Shown in pieces: positions 23,534 to 34,541 of a stretch of 64,000 nt of DNA (the stretch's first letter is position 1; each line of letters begins with the position of its first letter). The notes beneath the pieces were generated by a model that worked only from the letters and a program-made list of their open reading frames with translations, did not search any database and was not told the origin of the DNA. The translations under genes were made by a program, and so were the position numbers. This stretch comes from Gammaproteobacteria bacterium (GTDB lineage: Bacteria > Pseudomonadota > Gammaproteobacteria > GCA-002705445 > GCA-002716945): the NCBI GenBank assembly GCA_038142325.1, contig JAYQJW010000002.1, forward strand, positions 779,328 to 843,327. The letters run 5' to 3'.

Positions 23534-25444
23534 TTATGATGCTGGGGATGCTGAAGGGCTGTCTTTTGATGCCACGTCAGATGGCTTGCCAGAAGAGCTG
23601 TTATCATCATCTGACCAACTATCGGGTGCATCTGGAACTTTGCCTTCCATTATCTGATCAATTTGTTCGACATCGATAGTCTCATATTTCATGAGAGCAT
23701 CAGCCATTAGGTGCATCTTATCTAAATTGTCTTTGATAAGTTTAGTAGCTCTAGTGTACTGAGTATCAATAATTTTCCTGATTTCAGTATCAATCGAACT
23801 AACAGTTTCATTAGATATATTTTTGTTATTTTGAGATGCTGATTTTCCTAGAAAAACTTCTTGTTGTTCCTCTCCGTAAGCAAGCGGGCCCATTTTATCA
23901 GAAAGACCCCATTTCGTGACCATATTACGAGCTAAGTCAGTGGCTCTCTCAATGTCATTGGAGGCTCCTGTGGTCACAGCGTCATCACCAAATATAACTT
24001 CTTCTGCGACACGCCCTCCGAACAGAGCAGCAATCATGCTATTGATACGTTGCCTGCTATTACTGTATCTGTCCTCCTCTGGCAGAAACATCGTCACGCC
24101 AAGGGCTCTTCCTCTAGGAATAATACTTACTTTGTATACTGGGTCATGGTCAGGTACGAGCCTTCCAACAATTGCATGTCCTGCTTCATGATAAGCTGTA
24201 AGTTTTTTCTCATCATCATTCATAACCATTGATTTGCGTTCTCCGCCCATGAGAATTTTGTCTTTAGCTTTTTCGAAATCATCCATATCAACGATTTTTT
24301 TATTTGCTCTTGCAGCAAATAAAGCTGCTTCGTTAACCAAATTTGCTAAGTCAGCACCAGAGAATCCTGGTGTACCTCTTGCAAGTATTTTAGGGTTAAC
24401 ATCATTTGCAATTGGTGTTTTTCTCATGTGAACTTTAAGAATTTGCTCTCTGCCACGTATATCAGGAAGAGGTACTGTAACTTGTCTATCAAATCTTCCA
24501 GGTCTTAGAAGTGCAGGATCAAGTACATCAGGTCGGTTAGTTGCCGCAATAACAATAACTCCCTCATTTCCTTCAAACCCGTCCATTTCAACAAGAAGCT
24601 GATTCAAAGTTTGTTCACGTTCATCATGACCTCCACCTAAACCTGCGCCTCTGTGTCTTCCGACAGCATCTATTTCATCAATAAAGATTATGCATGGAGC
24701 ATGTTTTTTAGCTTGTTCAAACATATCTCTAACTCTGGATGCTCCAACACCAACAAACATCTCTACGAAATCTGATCCAGAAATAGTGAAAAAAGGAACT
24801 TTAGCTTCACCTGCGATTGCTCTAGCAAGAAGTGTTTTACCGGTACCAGGTGAACCTGACATTAAAACGCCTCTTGGTATATTACCGCCTAGATTTTGAA
24901 ACTTAGCAGGATCTCTTAGAAAATCTACCAACTCCTTAACTTCTTCTTTTGCTTCTTCAACTCCAGCTACGTCCTTAAAAGTTACTTTGACTTGATCTTC
25001 TGTTTGCATTTTTGCTTTACTTTTACCAAAGGACATTGCTCCTCTACCACCGGCACCACCTTGCATTTGACGCATGAAAAATATCCACACACCTATTAAT
25101 AGAAGGAATGGGAACCAGTGAATAAAAATCTGTGCTAAAAATGATTGTTTTTCTGGTGCTTTGCCGCTTATCCTTACTTTACCTTTTAAAAGCTCACCAA
25201 TAAGCGCTGAGTTATCAGTCTCAGGGCTGTATGTCATAAAAGTTTCACCTGACTTAAAAGAACCTGATATTTCTCTCCCGGAAATTGTTACTTCTTCAAC
25301 TTGTCCAGTTTGGACTTGCTGCATAAAATCAGTGTAGTTATATTCTTGTGAAGCTGTATTTCTTCCACCTACGCCTGTAAACAGTGACATGATCACTACA
25401 GCGATTATCGTCCATATAACTAAATTTTTTACTAGGTCTCCCAT
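23534..25444 (-). CDS. ftsH: ATP-dependent zinc metalloprotease FtsH
   Basis: Two TM segments, [23 protein letters not shown] and HEAGH motifs. Confidence 0.98.
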   Translation of the reverse strand: MGDLVKNLVIWTIIAVVIMSLFTGVGGRNTASQEYNYTDFMQQVQTGQVEEVTISGREISGSFKSGETFMTYSPETDNSALIGELLKGKVRISGKAPEKQSFLAQIFIHWFPFLLLIGVWIFFMRQMQGGAGGRGAMSFGKSKAKMQTEDQVKVTFKDVAGVEEAKEEVKELVDFLRDPAKFQNLGGNIPRGVLMSGSPGTGKTLLARAIAGEAKVPFFTISGSDFVEMFVGVGASRVRDMFEQAKKHAPCIIFIDEIDAVGRHRGAGLGGGHDEREQTLNQLLVEMDGFEGNEGVIVIAATNRPDVLDPALLRPGRFDRQVTVPLPDIRGREQILKVHMRKTPIANDVNPKILARGTPGFSGADLANLVNEAALFAARANKKIVDMDDFEKAKDKILMGGERKSMVMNDDEKKLTAYHEAGHAIVGRLVPDHDPVYKVSIIPRGRALGVTMFLPEEDRYSNSRQRINSMIAALFGGRVAEEVIFGDDAVTTGASNDIERATDLARNMVTKWGLSDKMGPLAYGEEQQEVFLGKSASQNNKNISNETVSSIDTEIRKIIDTQYTRATKLIKDNLDKMHLMADALMKYETIDVEQIDQIMEGKVPDAPDSWSDDDNSSSGKPSDVASKDSPSASPAS

Positions 25445-25505
25445 AATACTCCCTACTTTAGAATCATTCTAAGTTTGACATTGTTAATTAATAATTTCAA
25501 TCATA

Positions 25506-26117
25506 TCAGTCTTTAAATCCATTACAAATGAAGAATATTTCATTACTTTTGCTTCTTGATGATTCTGGCTTGAATGAATTTACCTTATTAAATGAGCCTC
25601 CTAGCTTATTTCTTACCATGTCATAAGATGATCCATTAAAAAACTTCATAACTAAAATCCCTTTTTTCTTAAGAAGAATCGAGCATATTTCAAGTATTGA
25701 CTCAAATATTTCAACAAAATTTGCCTGATCAATATCTTCTATACCTGTAATGTTAGGGGCTATATCTGATAAAACAAGGTCTGCCCTAGTGATTAATTTA
25801 TTGATTTGTTCTCTGCTACAGGGTTCATTTATATCGCCACGTATAAAATTTACGTTATTTATGGGCTTCATCTCTAGCATATCTATGGCAACAATATTTT
25901 TTTTATCATAATTCTTAGATATGTACTCTGACCAAGAACCTGGAGCAGAACCAAGATCAAGTATATTATGGCACGAATTTATAATTTTAAATTTATTGTC
26001 AATTTCAAAAAGTTTGTGGAAAGCTCTCGACCTATAACCTTCAGATTGAGATAGTTTTACATATTTATCTTTTGAATGTTTATTTATCCAAGTTTTTGTA
26101 CTTTTCTTTTTCACCAT
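25506..26117 (-). CDS. rlmE: 23S rRNA Um2552 methyltransferase
   Basis: YRSRAFHKL, DLGSAPGSW, VLSDIAP and KPESSRSKSNE motifs. Confidence 0.95.
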   Translation of the reverse strand: MVKKKSTKTWINKHSKDKYVKLSQSEGYRSRAFHKLFEIDNKFKIINSCHNILDLGSAPGSWSEYISKNYDKKNIVAIDMLEMKPINNVNFIRGDINEPCSREQINKLITRADLVLSDIAPNITGIEDIDQANFVEIFESILEICSILLKKKGILVMKFFNGSSYDMVRNKLGGSFNKVNSFKPESSRSKSNEIFFICNGFKD

Positions 26118-26136
26118 TACGTTATAACCTTACAAC

Positions 26137-26643
26137 ATGGCTAAAGTAACATTGAAAGGTAATGAAGTTAATACTAATTCCGATATTGTTAGCGTGGGTA
26201 CATCAGCGCCAGATTTTACATTAGTTGATTCTGATCTTAATGATATTAGTTTATCGAATTTTGAAGGTAAAAATAAAATTCTAAGTATTGTTCCAAGTTT
26301 AGATACCCCAGTATGCCAAAAATCTACACTAGTCTTTAATGAGAAGGTTAATCAACTGAATGACACTGTTATGTTGATAGTATCAAGTGATTTGCCATTT
26401 GCAATGAAGCGTTTTTGTACAGCTGAATCGTTGAATAATGTTGTTCCAGTGTCCATGATGCGAACACGTAGTTTTGCAAAAGACTATGGCGTTCTTCTTG
26501 TTGATGGGCCTCTCTCAGGCATTACAACAAGAGCTGTTGTAACGATATCAAAAGATAATAAAATTCTTCACTCAGAATTGGTATCAGAGATCGCTAACGA
26601 ACCAAACTACCAAGCTGCGCTAGATTCTATTTCAAATAATTAA
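26137..26643 (+). CDS. tpx: thiol peroxidase (atypical 2-Cys peroxiredoxin)
   Basis: PSLDTPVC and SSDLPFAMKRFC motifs. Confidence 0.95.
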   Translation: MAKVTLKGNEVNTNSDIVSVGTSAPDFTLVDSDLNDISLSNFEGKNKILSIVPSLDTPVCQKSTLVFNEKVNQLNDTVMLIVSSDLPFAMKRFCTAESLNNVVPVSMMRTRSFAKDYGVLLVDGPLSGITTRAVVTISKDNKILHSELVSEIANEPNYQAALDSISNN

Positions 26644-27863
26644 TGTCATTTACTAAAAAAATCATTGTATCAATGATTTTAGGTATTATTTTTGGTGTAC
26701 TTATAAATATGATAGATGTAAGTCAATCTAGTACTCATTCAATTATAATTAATGGTCTCGATCTAGTGTCTCATTTATTTCTCTCGGCACTAAAATTAAT
26801 CATAATACCTCTGATATTCTTCTCTATTGTTTGTGGAATAGTGTCGTTATCTGAAGATGTTTCAATTTCAAGATTAGGAATTAAAACAATATCTTTGTAC
26901 CTAGTTACTACAATCATTGCTATATCACTAGGCTTATTGTTTGCCTCACTAATATCATATGAGCCTGTTCTAGTAACGGATTTAAATAGTGAAATTAATG
27001 TAAAAGATATACAAAGTGAAAATAATTTTTTCCCTAGTAATATTTTTAAATCAATGGTTGATGGAAATATTATTCATTTATTAATTTTTTCAATCTTAAT
27101 TGGAATATCTGCATCAAGAATAAAAGAAAAAATAAAAACCTTCATAAAATATGTTCATGAATTTAATGAGGTTATCAATGAACTTGTTAAGATAATAATA
27201 TCGTTTACTCCATTAGCGGTTTTTTGTATCTTATCAAAAACATTTGCAACGCAAGGTCTAGATACTCTCATGCCTTTAATGGGATATTTTTTGACTGTTG
27301 TTGCCGCACTAATACTTCATTTTTTTATTACATTTTCACTTCTACTGAAAATTTTCACGAGTCTTGATCCATTAATATTTTATCGGAACATTAAAGATGT
27401 TCTGGTGTTTACATTCAGTACATCAAGTAGCAGTGCATCAATCCCATTTACATTGAAGACCGCTAACGAGAAATGTGGTGTAGATACATCAATAAGCACA
27501 TTTAGTATCCCATTAGGTGCAACTATTAATATGGACGGGACTGCTATAATGCAAGGCTGCGCGACTTTCTTTCTTGCAAGCTTGTATGGTATTGATCTTG
27601 GTATAAATGAAATACTTATTATCGTAATAACTGCAACAATTGCATCAATTGGAACGGCAGGAATTCCAAGCGCTGGAATAATAATGCTTACAGTGATTTT
27701 TACTCAAATTGGTATACCTCTAGAAGGTATTACGCTTCTGCTAGGGGTAGACAGGCTTTTGGATATGATGAGAACATCGGTTAACGTAAGCGGAGATCTA
27801 TGTATAAGCTGTATAGTAGCTTCATCAGAAGATAAATTAGATCATAATACTTTTAAGTCTTAA
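26643..27863 (+). CDS. dicarboxylate/amino acid:cation symporter (DAACS, GltP/GltT-like)
   Basis: STSSS, GATINMDGT and DRLLDMMRTSVNV motifs; the Arg in the last motif is typical of Asp/Glu/dicarboxylate carriers. Confidence 0.92.
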   Translation: MSFTKKIIVSMILGIIFGVLINMIDVSQSSTHSIIINGLDLVSHLFLSALKLIIIPLIFFSIVCGIVSLSEDVSISRLGIKTISLYLVTTIIAISLGLLFASLISYEPVLVTDLNSEINVKDIQSENNFFPSNIFKSMVDGNIIHLLIFSILIGISASRIKEKIKTFIKYVHEFNEVINELVKIIISFTPLAVFCILSKTFATQGLDTLMPLMGYFLTVVAALILHFFITFSLLLKIFTSLDPLIFYRNIKDVLVFTFSTSSSSASIPFTLKTANEKCGVDTSISTFSIPLGATINMDGTAIMQGCATFFLASLYGIDLGINEILIIVITATIASIGTAGIPSAGIIMLTVIFTQIGIPLEGITLLLGVDRLLDMMRTSVNVSGDLCISCIVASSEDKLDHNTFKS

Positions 27864-27866
27864 TAT

Positions 27867-30800
27867 TTATGACAACGACTTATGTCTCTCTTTGAGATCT
27901 TGAACTCCAAAGTCATCTATGAATTTAATCGCTTTACAAAAAGCTTTAGCACCTGACACGGTAGTCGTTAGAGATATCTTATGATTTTGTGCTTCTTTTC
28001 TAATTGAAAATGAGTCTTTAATAGATCTTGCCCCTTCTGTTGTATTAATAATCAAATGTACTTCATTGTTTTTTATCATATCAACAATGTGTGGGTGTCC
28101 GTCTTTAACTTTATTAATTCTAGTACAATCAACACCTGACTCAATGAGATGATTAAAGGTTCCAGAGGTTGCAAAAATCTTAAACCCCATACTAATTAAT
28201 TCAGATGCAACATCACAAATGGGTTTTTTATCATGATCTCTTACGCTTATAAAAACATTCCCAGTTTTGGGAAGTATCACACCAGCAGCCCTCTGAGCTT
28301 TAAAATATGCCTCGCCAAATGTCTTTCCAAATCCCATAACTTCACCTGTTGATTTCATTTCAGGCCCAAGTAATACATCTACCTCAGGAAACTTACTAAA
28401 TGGAAAAACAGCCTCTTTTACAGAAAAGTAAGTTTCGTTTTTAAGATTAGGTAAGTTTAAATCTTTTATCTTAATTCCAGACATTACTAGAGCTCCTAGT
28501 TTAGCGAGCTGCAGGCCGATTGCTTTTGAGACAAATGGTGCTGTTCTTGATGCTCTTGGATTAGCTTCAAGTAAAAATATTTCATCTCCTTTAATTGCAA
28601 ATTGCGCATTCATTAATCCAACTACATTTAATGCTAAAGCTAAACGAGAAGCCTCTCTCTTAACTGATCAACAGTGCTTTGATTTAAAGTATATGGAGGT
28701 AGTGAGCAACCTGAATCGCCTGAATGAATCCCTGCTTCTTCAATATGCTCCATTATTCCAGCAATATAAACATCTTCTCCATCACATATTAAATCAATAT
28801 CAACTTCGATAGCATCATTCAGAAATTTATCGAGAAGAATCGGAGAGTCATCAGATACATCAACTGCCTCTTTCATATACTTTTCCAGATCTGCAGTATT
28901 CGTAACTATTTCCATGGCCCTACCACCAAGAACATATGAAGGTCTAACAACAATTGGATAACCAATTTTTTCTGCTGAATTCTTTGCTTGCGAAATTGTT
29001 GTTACAGTATCATTAAGCGGCTGTTTAAGCTTTAGAGATTCAATTAGTTGCTTAAATCTCTCCCTATCTTCTGCTAAATCAATGGAGTCTGGAGAGGTAC
29101 CTATTATATTTACTCCACATTTCTCAAGTTCATCTGCAAGTTTAAGTGGTGTTTGTCCACCGTATTGAACAATTACGCCCCACGGTTTTTCTATATCTAT
29201 TACGGACATAACATCTTCTACGGTCAACGGCTCAAAATATAGCCTATCGGAGGTGTCATAATCAGTTGATACAGTTTCAGGATTACAATTGATCATAATT
29301 GTTTCATACCCAGCTTGTCTGAGAGCCATCGATGCATGAACACAACAATAATCAAATTCTATTCCTTGTCCTATTCTATTTGGTCCGCCTCCAAGTATCA
29401 TAACCTTCTTATTGTTCGTTGGATTAGCCTCACAAAAATCAGAATAGGTTGAATACATATATGCAGTAGAAGATTCAAATTCAGCAGCACAAGTGTCGAT
29501 ACGTTTAAAAACAGGATGTATTGATTCATTTTTCCTAAAATTACGTATTTCAATTTCTTTAACTTTAAGTAAATGAGCTAACATTTTGTCAGAAAAACCA
29601 TCTGATTTTAATTTTTTTAGTAGAGGTTTAATTGATACAAGTGACTTACCTTTGATTGTTGTCTCAGAATCAACTATTTCTTTTATTTGGGACAGAAACC
29701 AAATATCTATAAAACATAAATTAAAAATTGATTCCATTGACATTCCTTCTCTAAATGCTTGAGCGATATAAAGTATTCTGTTTGAAGATGGGGTAGAAAT
29801 TTCTTTTACGATTAAATCTTGTCTTTCTTTTGGAGATAGTGACTCATCAAACTTTATTTCTGAAAAACCATCTATACCTATTTCCAAGCCTCTTAATGCT
29901 TTTTGTAAAGATTCTTTGAAATTTCCTCCTATCGCCATTACTTCACCAACGGATTTCATTTGTGTTGTTAAATGAGCATCAGCTTCTTTAAATTTTTCAA
30001 ACGCAAATCGTGGTATTTTTGTAACAATATAGTCTATGGATGGTTCAAAAGATGATGGAATTATGTCTCCTGTAATTTCATTTCTAAGTTCATCAAGCGT
30101 ATAACCAATAGCTAACTTTGCAGCAACTTTTGCAATTGGAAACCCAGTAGCCTTAGATGCTAGAGCTGAAGACCTTGATACTCTTGGATTCATCTCTATT
30201 ACATAAATTTTACCATTGCTTGGATTTACAGCAAATTGGACATTAGAGCCTCCGGTATCTACTCCAATTTTTCTGAGGACTTGGATAGATTGATTTCTTA
30301 GATTTTGATATTCCTTGTCTGTTAAAGTTTGAGCTGGCGCAACAGTGATTGAATCACCCGTATGTACACCCATAGGATCAAAATTTTCAATTGAACAAAT
30401 TATGATGCAGTTATCATTTTTGTCTCTTACTACCTCCATCTCAAATTCTTTCCATCCTATGACAGATTCTTCAAGTAATACTTCACTTGTTGGAGAAAGG
30501 TCTAGCCCTCTTTTTACAATTTTCTCAAAATCTTGTTTATTGTAGGCAATACCTCCTCCAGTTCCACCTAATGTAAAAGACGGTCTTATAATTATTGGAT
30601 ATCCTATATCTTTCTGAATATCTAACGCTTGATTGAAATCTTTAGCAACCTTTGCTCTAGGTGTCTCAAGACCTATGTCATCCATGGCTTGTTTGAATAA
30701 CTCTCTATCTTCAGCCATGTCTATTGAATTTATACTCGCTCCAATAATTCGGACATCATATTTTTGGAGAATTTTATGTCTATTAAGATCAAGTGTAGTA

Positions 30801-31090
30801 TTTAATGCTGTTTGTCCTCCCATAGTTGGTAAAATTGCATCAGGTTTCTCAGCCGCTATAATCTTCTCAATATTTCTCCAGTGGATAGGTTCAATATATA
30901 TTCTGTCTGCCATTTCTGGGTCAGTCATGATAGTTGCCGGGTTTGAATTTACAAGAATTGTTTTGATACCTTCTTCTTTTAGAGCTTTACATGCTTGAAC
31001 TCCTGAATAATCAAATTCACATGCTTGCCCAATTATGATTGGGCCAGCTCCAATCACTAAAACACTTTTGATATCATTATTTTTAGGCAT
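27867..31090 (-). CDS. carB: carbamoyl-phosphate synthase large subunit (frameshift near 28655)
   Basis: [17 protein letters not shown], two ATP-grasp halves and a C-terminal MGS domain across two ORFs. Confidence 0.97.
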
Positions 31091-32210
31091 TTCTGTTCGT
31101 CATAGATGTAATAAATTTTTCGAATAAATAATAGATGTCTTGAGGTCCCGGGCTTGCTTCAGGATGTCCTTGAAAACCATAAGCCGGAGAATCCAATAAT
31201 TCGATTCCTTGCAATGAATCATCGAATAGAGACTTATGTGTAATTTTATGATTATCCGTTAATGATGATAGTTCAACAGCAAAACCATGATTTTGACTAG
31301 TAATTGAAACTTTCCTTGTTTCTGTATCAATTACAGGATGATTAGCTCCATGATGACCAAATTTCATTTTGTAGGTCTTAGCACCTGATGCTAAACATAA
31401 TAATTGAAAGCCTAAACATATTCCAAATACTGGTATTTTTGATGAAATAATTTTTTTAATATTTTCAATTGCATAACTACATGCCGAAGGATCTCCAGGG
31501 CCATTGGATAAAAAGATGCCATCGGGGTTTTTATTTTCTAGATCCGCAAAAGGATAATTAGCAGGTAAGACCGTAATGTCACAGCCCAAATCATACAAAA
31601 TTCTCAAAATATTTTTCTTTATTCCAAAATCATATGCGTAAACATGAAACCTCTTTTTAATATTATTTCTTTTTTTATTTAGAATAAGATCATGTGTACC
31701 CTCTTTCCATTCATATGTATTTTGAGTGCTCACAACTTTAGCTAAATCTAAGCCATCTAGACCAGAAAAGTCAGATAATAATTTTTTTGCCTCATCAAGT
31801 TTCTCGATGTTGGGAACAAGGCATCCGTTTAGGGATCCTTTTTTTCTCAAAAGTGATGTCAAATGTCTTGTGTCTACTGAACACAAGGCAGCAATATTTC
31901 TATCACGTAAAAAATCTATTAAACTTTTTTCTTTTCGCCAGCTACTGTCCAGAGTTGGGTAGTTGCGAAGAATGACTCCAGAACATCCATCCTTATCGGA
32001 TTCTTGGTCATGATAGTTGGTTCCTGTGTTTCCAATATGTGGATTAGTGAAAGTGATGATTTGACTGTTGTAAGAAGGATCGGTAATCATTTCTTGATAA
32101 CCAGTCATCGAAGTATTAAAAACAATTTCTCCGACAGTAATTTCATCGCTACCAATGGATTGAGCTGCTATTACAGTACCATCATCAGTTAATATAGCTG
32201 CTCGTTTCAA
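31083..32210 (-). CDS. carA: carbamoyl-phosphate synthase small subunit
   Basis: [26 protein letters not shown] and FQGHPE motifs; TTG start. Confidence 0.97.
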   Translation of the reverse strand: MKRAAILTDDGTVIAAQSIGSDEITVGEIVFNTSMTGYQEMITDPSYNSQIITFTNPHIGNTGTNYHDQESDKDGCSGVILRNYPTLDSSWRKEKSLIDFLRDRNIAALCSVDTRHLTSLLRKKGSLNGCLVPNIEKLDEAKKLLSDFSGLDGLDLAKVVSTQNTYEWKEGTHDLILNKKRNNIKKRFHVYAYDFGIKKNILRILYDLGCDITVLPANYPFADLENKNPDGIFLSNGPGDPSACSYAIENIKKIISSKIPVFGICLGFQLLCLASGAKTYKMKFGHHGANHPVIDTETRKVSITSQNHGFAVELSSLTDNHKITHKSLFDDSLQGIELLDSPAYGFQGHPEASPGPQDIYYLFEKFITSMTNRNA

Positions 32211-32231
32211 AGACTTATCCTTGTTTTAAAT

Positions 32232-32265
32232 AAAAAAAAAAAGATGCCTCTAATTGAGACATCTT
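32232..32265 (-). terminator. intrinsic terminator in the carA 5' region (attenuator candidate)
   Basis: AAGATGTCTC-AATTA-GAGGCATCTT stem running into an 11-T tract, about 20 nt before the carA start. Confidence 0.8.
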
Positions 32266-32297
32266 GGATTGTTTTTAGTAAGTTTCACTAAAACTAA

Positions 32298-32327
32298 ATG
32301 ATACGATAAAACACCTACTCTTGTCTA
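32298..32327 (-). promoter_or_regulatory. putative sigma70 promoter of carAB
   Basis: TAGACA (32327-32322), 18 bp spacer, TATCAT (32303-32298). Confidence 0.5.
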
Positions 32328-33136
32328 ATAGATAATACGTTTTTATAGATTTCCTTTTTAGAATCTGTCGAAAACAACTTTATAACCTCCACAATATCCT
32401 TATTAGATAACTTTTTAGAAATTAATTTTATAATTGCCTGGTGATAGTGACTAGTCGATTTAATGTTCTTACCTGGGCCAATTATAATTACAAACTCACC
32501 TTTAGGCGCATTATTCCCAAAAAAATCAATTATTTCGTCAATATTGCCGTGTATAATAGATTCATGGATTTTAGTTAACTCTCTAAAAATCCCGATAGTT
32601 ACATTGTCATAAATTTCTTTCACATCATTTAAAAGATCTATTACTCTATGTTTACTCTCAAATAAAACTAGAGGGAGTTTATTTGGATATAAACTTATTA
32701 GTTTACTTTTCCTGTCTGATGACTTTTTAGGCAAAAATCCAAGAAATATAAACGAGTTGATTGGTATTCTAGACACAGATAGTGCGCAACTTAATGACGA
32801 AGCTCCAGGGATTGGTATTACATTAGTAGACTTACTTATATTTGATTGAACGAAGAATCCAGGGTCTGAAATTGAAGGTGTGCCGGCATCTGTTACTAAT
32901 GCAACATTATGATTTTTTTTTAGATAATTAATGATAGATTGAGCCTTTATACTTTCGTTATCTTTATTGTAGGAAAATACTTTCTTATCGATATCATAGT
33001 GAGACAGTAATTTTTTAGTCCTTTCTATGCTCTCTGCAAAAATTACATCAACACCTTTTAATGTATTGATAGCTCTTAATGTGATGTCTTCTAGATTACC
33101 AATAGGAGTTGAGACTAAATATAAATTTCCTTGCAT
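32315..33136 (-). CDS. rsmI: 16S rRNA C1402 2'-O-methyltransferase
   Basis: LYLVSTPIGNLEDIT, DAGTPSISDPG and RELTKIHE motifs. Confidence 0.96.
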   Translation of the reverse strand: MQGNLYLVSTPIGNLEDITLRAINTLKGVDVIFAESIERTKKLLSHYDIDKKVFSYNKDNESIKAQSIINYLKKNHNVALVTDAGTPSISDPGFFVQSNISKSTNVIPIPGASSLSCALSVSRIPINSFIFLGFLPKKSSDRKSKLISLYPNKLPLVLFESKHRVIDLLNDVKEIYDNVTIGIFRELTKIHESIIHGNIDEIIDFFGNNAPKGEFVIIIGPGKNIKSTSHYHQAIIKLISKKLSNKDIVEVIKLFSTDSKKEIYKNVLSIRQE

Positions 33137-33198
33137 GAACTAACTTTATCACAGGCAATATATTATCTAATATAATTATCCCGGTTTCTGAGTTGAAA

Positions 33199-33825
33199 TT
33201 AAATATTAAAAAGTTCTTTTTCAGATTCAGTAAGACTTTCCTGAAATGATTCTCTTTCAAATATTCTCTCAGAGTATTCAGATATGATTTTGCTATTTTG
33301 AGCTAAATCAAAATCAAGTGATTTAAGCCTCCAGAGTAAAGGCGCTAAACTTGCGTCGACTAGCCCAAAATCATCGCTCATAAAAAATCCGTTTGTTTTA
33401 ATTAGTGGAGCTATCTCTAAAAAATAACTTTTAATCTTATCAATGAATTTAATGTCCAATTGCTCATCATTATAAGATTTAATATATTCGGGATACCATT
33501 GATTTTCTATTTCATATAATGCAAGCCTAAATTTAGCTCTAGAAATTGGATCGACTGGTAGTAATGGTGGATGCGGAAATCTTTCATCAAGATATTCAAT
33601 AATTACTCTCGAATTTTGAAGAACTAATTCTCTGTCAACCAAAGATGGGTATTGGTCATATGGGCTAAGAATTTTAATTTCGTCAGGTATGTTACTTAGG
33701 TCTACCTCATGTATTTCAGCAGATATCTCTTTTTCTTTTATTACTATTCGAGTTCTATGACTCTCAAGACAATTTGATAGAGAAAATAATAATATCGCAG
33801 ATCTGCGATTAGCCAACAATGTCAT
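33199..33825 (-). CDS. sspA: stringent starvation protein A
   Basis: SHRTRIV, LVDRELVL and EYLDERFPHPPLLPVDP motifs; follows petC. Confidence 0.95.
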   Translation of the reverse strand: MTLLANRRSAILLFSLSNCLESHRTRIVIKEKEISAEIHEVDLSNIPDEIKILSPYDQYPSLVDRELVLQNSRVIIEYLDERFPHPPLLPVDPISRAKFRLALYEIENQWYPEYIKSYNDEQLDIKFIDKIKSYFLEIAPLIKTNGFFMSDDFGLVDASLAPLLWRLKSLDFDLAQNSKIISEYSERIFERESFQESLTESEKELFNI

Positions 33826-34541
33826 TATTTAACATCTCTCCAATATTCTATCTTAAGAAGATAAGTAATAAAGACAAAAAAGACAAGGAATATCATTACC
33901 CACAAGCCTATTGAATATCTCTCAAGTTGCGCAGGTTCTGATACATAGGTTAAAAAGTTTACTAAATCTGTAATTTCTTGCTCATACTGCTTTTGCGTGA
34001 GTTCACCTTTTATTTTGACTGATAACATGCTGTTACTGTCTAGTGTCTTTAAACCTTCTTTATACCAAAGAACATGAGGCATGTTGACATTTGGATAAAG
34101 AATATTATTCACTCCCATCGGTCTTGTGTCATCCTCATAAAAAGATGTAAGAAAAGTATAAATCCACTCTGGTCCACGAGATCTTGCAGTTAGAGTTAGG
34201 TCAGGTGGTACAACACCAAAAACTTCTTTAATTGAGTCAGAATTTACAGAATTTAGGACAGTCGATCCAAGTTTTGTTTTCTCACCTTTATTAGTTGTTA
34301 GTATAAGATTAGACTTAACCATCTCTTCGCTGATACCTAAATCATCAACAAATTTACTGTATCTATGATATTGAAGAGTATGACATCCGGCACAATTATT
34401 AAAATAGATTTGTGCTCCCCTCTGTAATGATGCCTTATTTCCTAAATCTATAAATACAGGCTTAAGCTCACCTCCAGATGCTGTGTGAGCAAGTTGAGTA
34501 ATTAACATTAAAGGCAATAAATAAAGACAAAATCTAATCAT
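33825..34541 (-). CDS. petC: cytochrome c1
   Basis: SLQRGA, CAGCH heme motif, MPHVL and a C-terminal TM segment. Confidence 0.96.
   Translation of the reverse strand: MIRFCLYLLPLMLITQLAHTASGGELKPVFIDLGNKASLQRGAQIYFNNCAGCHTLQYHRYSKFVDDLGISEEMVKSNLILTTNKGEKTKLGSTVLNSVNSDSIKEVFGVVPPDLTLTARSRGPEWIYTFLTSFYEDDTRPMGVNNILYPNVNMPHVLWYKEGLKTLDSNSMLSVKIKGELTQKQYEQEITDLVNFLTYVSEPAQLERYSIGLWVMIFLVFFVFITYLLKIEYWRDVK

Noticed and set aside
32211-32314. RNase P RNA (rnpB), often found downstream of rsmI
   Set aside because: The gap is only about 100 bp, AT-rich, and lacks the GAGGAAAGTCC signature.
33137-33198. sspB remnant or small RNA after sspA
   Set aside because: The 62-bp spacer has no ORF or stable hairpin and appears to hold only the rsmI promoter; sspB is simply absent from this locus.
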